Part shown: piece by piece, positions 15,450-16,489 of the stretch
Position numbering within the stretch: position 1 is the first letter of the stretch
How the letters are laid out: each line of letters starts with the position of its first letter
Source of the DNA: Vulcanimicrobiota bacterium
GTDB taxonomy: Bacteria; Vulcanimicrobiota; Vulcanimicrobiia; Vulcanimicrobiales; Vulcanimicrobiaceae
Length of the DNA stretch: 16,489 bases
Assembly: GCA_003135555.1 (NCBI GenBank)
Contig: PLCF01000059.1
Location: 1 to 16,489 of the forward strand
Direction of reading: 5' to 3'
Made by a program: the position numbers and the translations under genes
Notes under the pieces: generated by a model
What the model was told of the DNA's origin: nothing
The model's input: the letters and a program-made list of their open reading frames with translations, nothing else
The model's database searches: none

Positions 15450-16489
<1,040 letters not shown>

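Overview
GC-rich bacterial chromosomal window. The gene mix and Pro/Thr-rich exported proteins suggest a diderm Terrabacteria lineage such as Eremiobacterota (inference). In order: the 3' part of a phosphoketolase gene; about 1 kb of gene debris around an intact VOC/glyoxalase gene; an envelope cluster (SLT lipoprotein, LptF/G permease, LptD-like protein, opposite-strand lipoprotein, lnt, LptC-like protein) with an uncalled 55-aa SmtA-like metallothionein just after lptD; two GsiB/KGG stress proteins behind a close sigma-B-type promoter match; an N-acyl-D-amino-acid deacylase that seems to need a non-standard (CTG) start; a BsuPI-like exported protein; fabH; coaE; a DUF1003-like membrane protein; and the 3' part of ribosomal protein S1 with its terminator. 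I saw no CRISPR array, tRNA/rRNA, transposase or integrase. Most genes are housekeeping, and I cannot establish a wholly new system from sequence alone. The best leads are the hidden metallothionein, the sigma-B-like stress module, the CTG start, the unusual Lpt cluster and a small palindromic repeat family. All family calls come from motif recognition by eye, not database searches.
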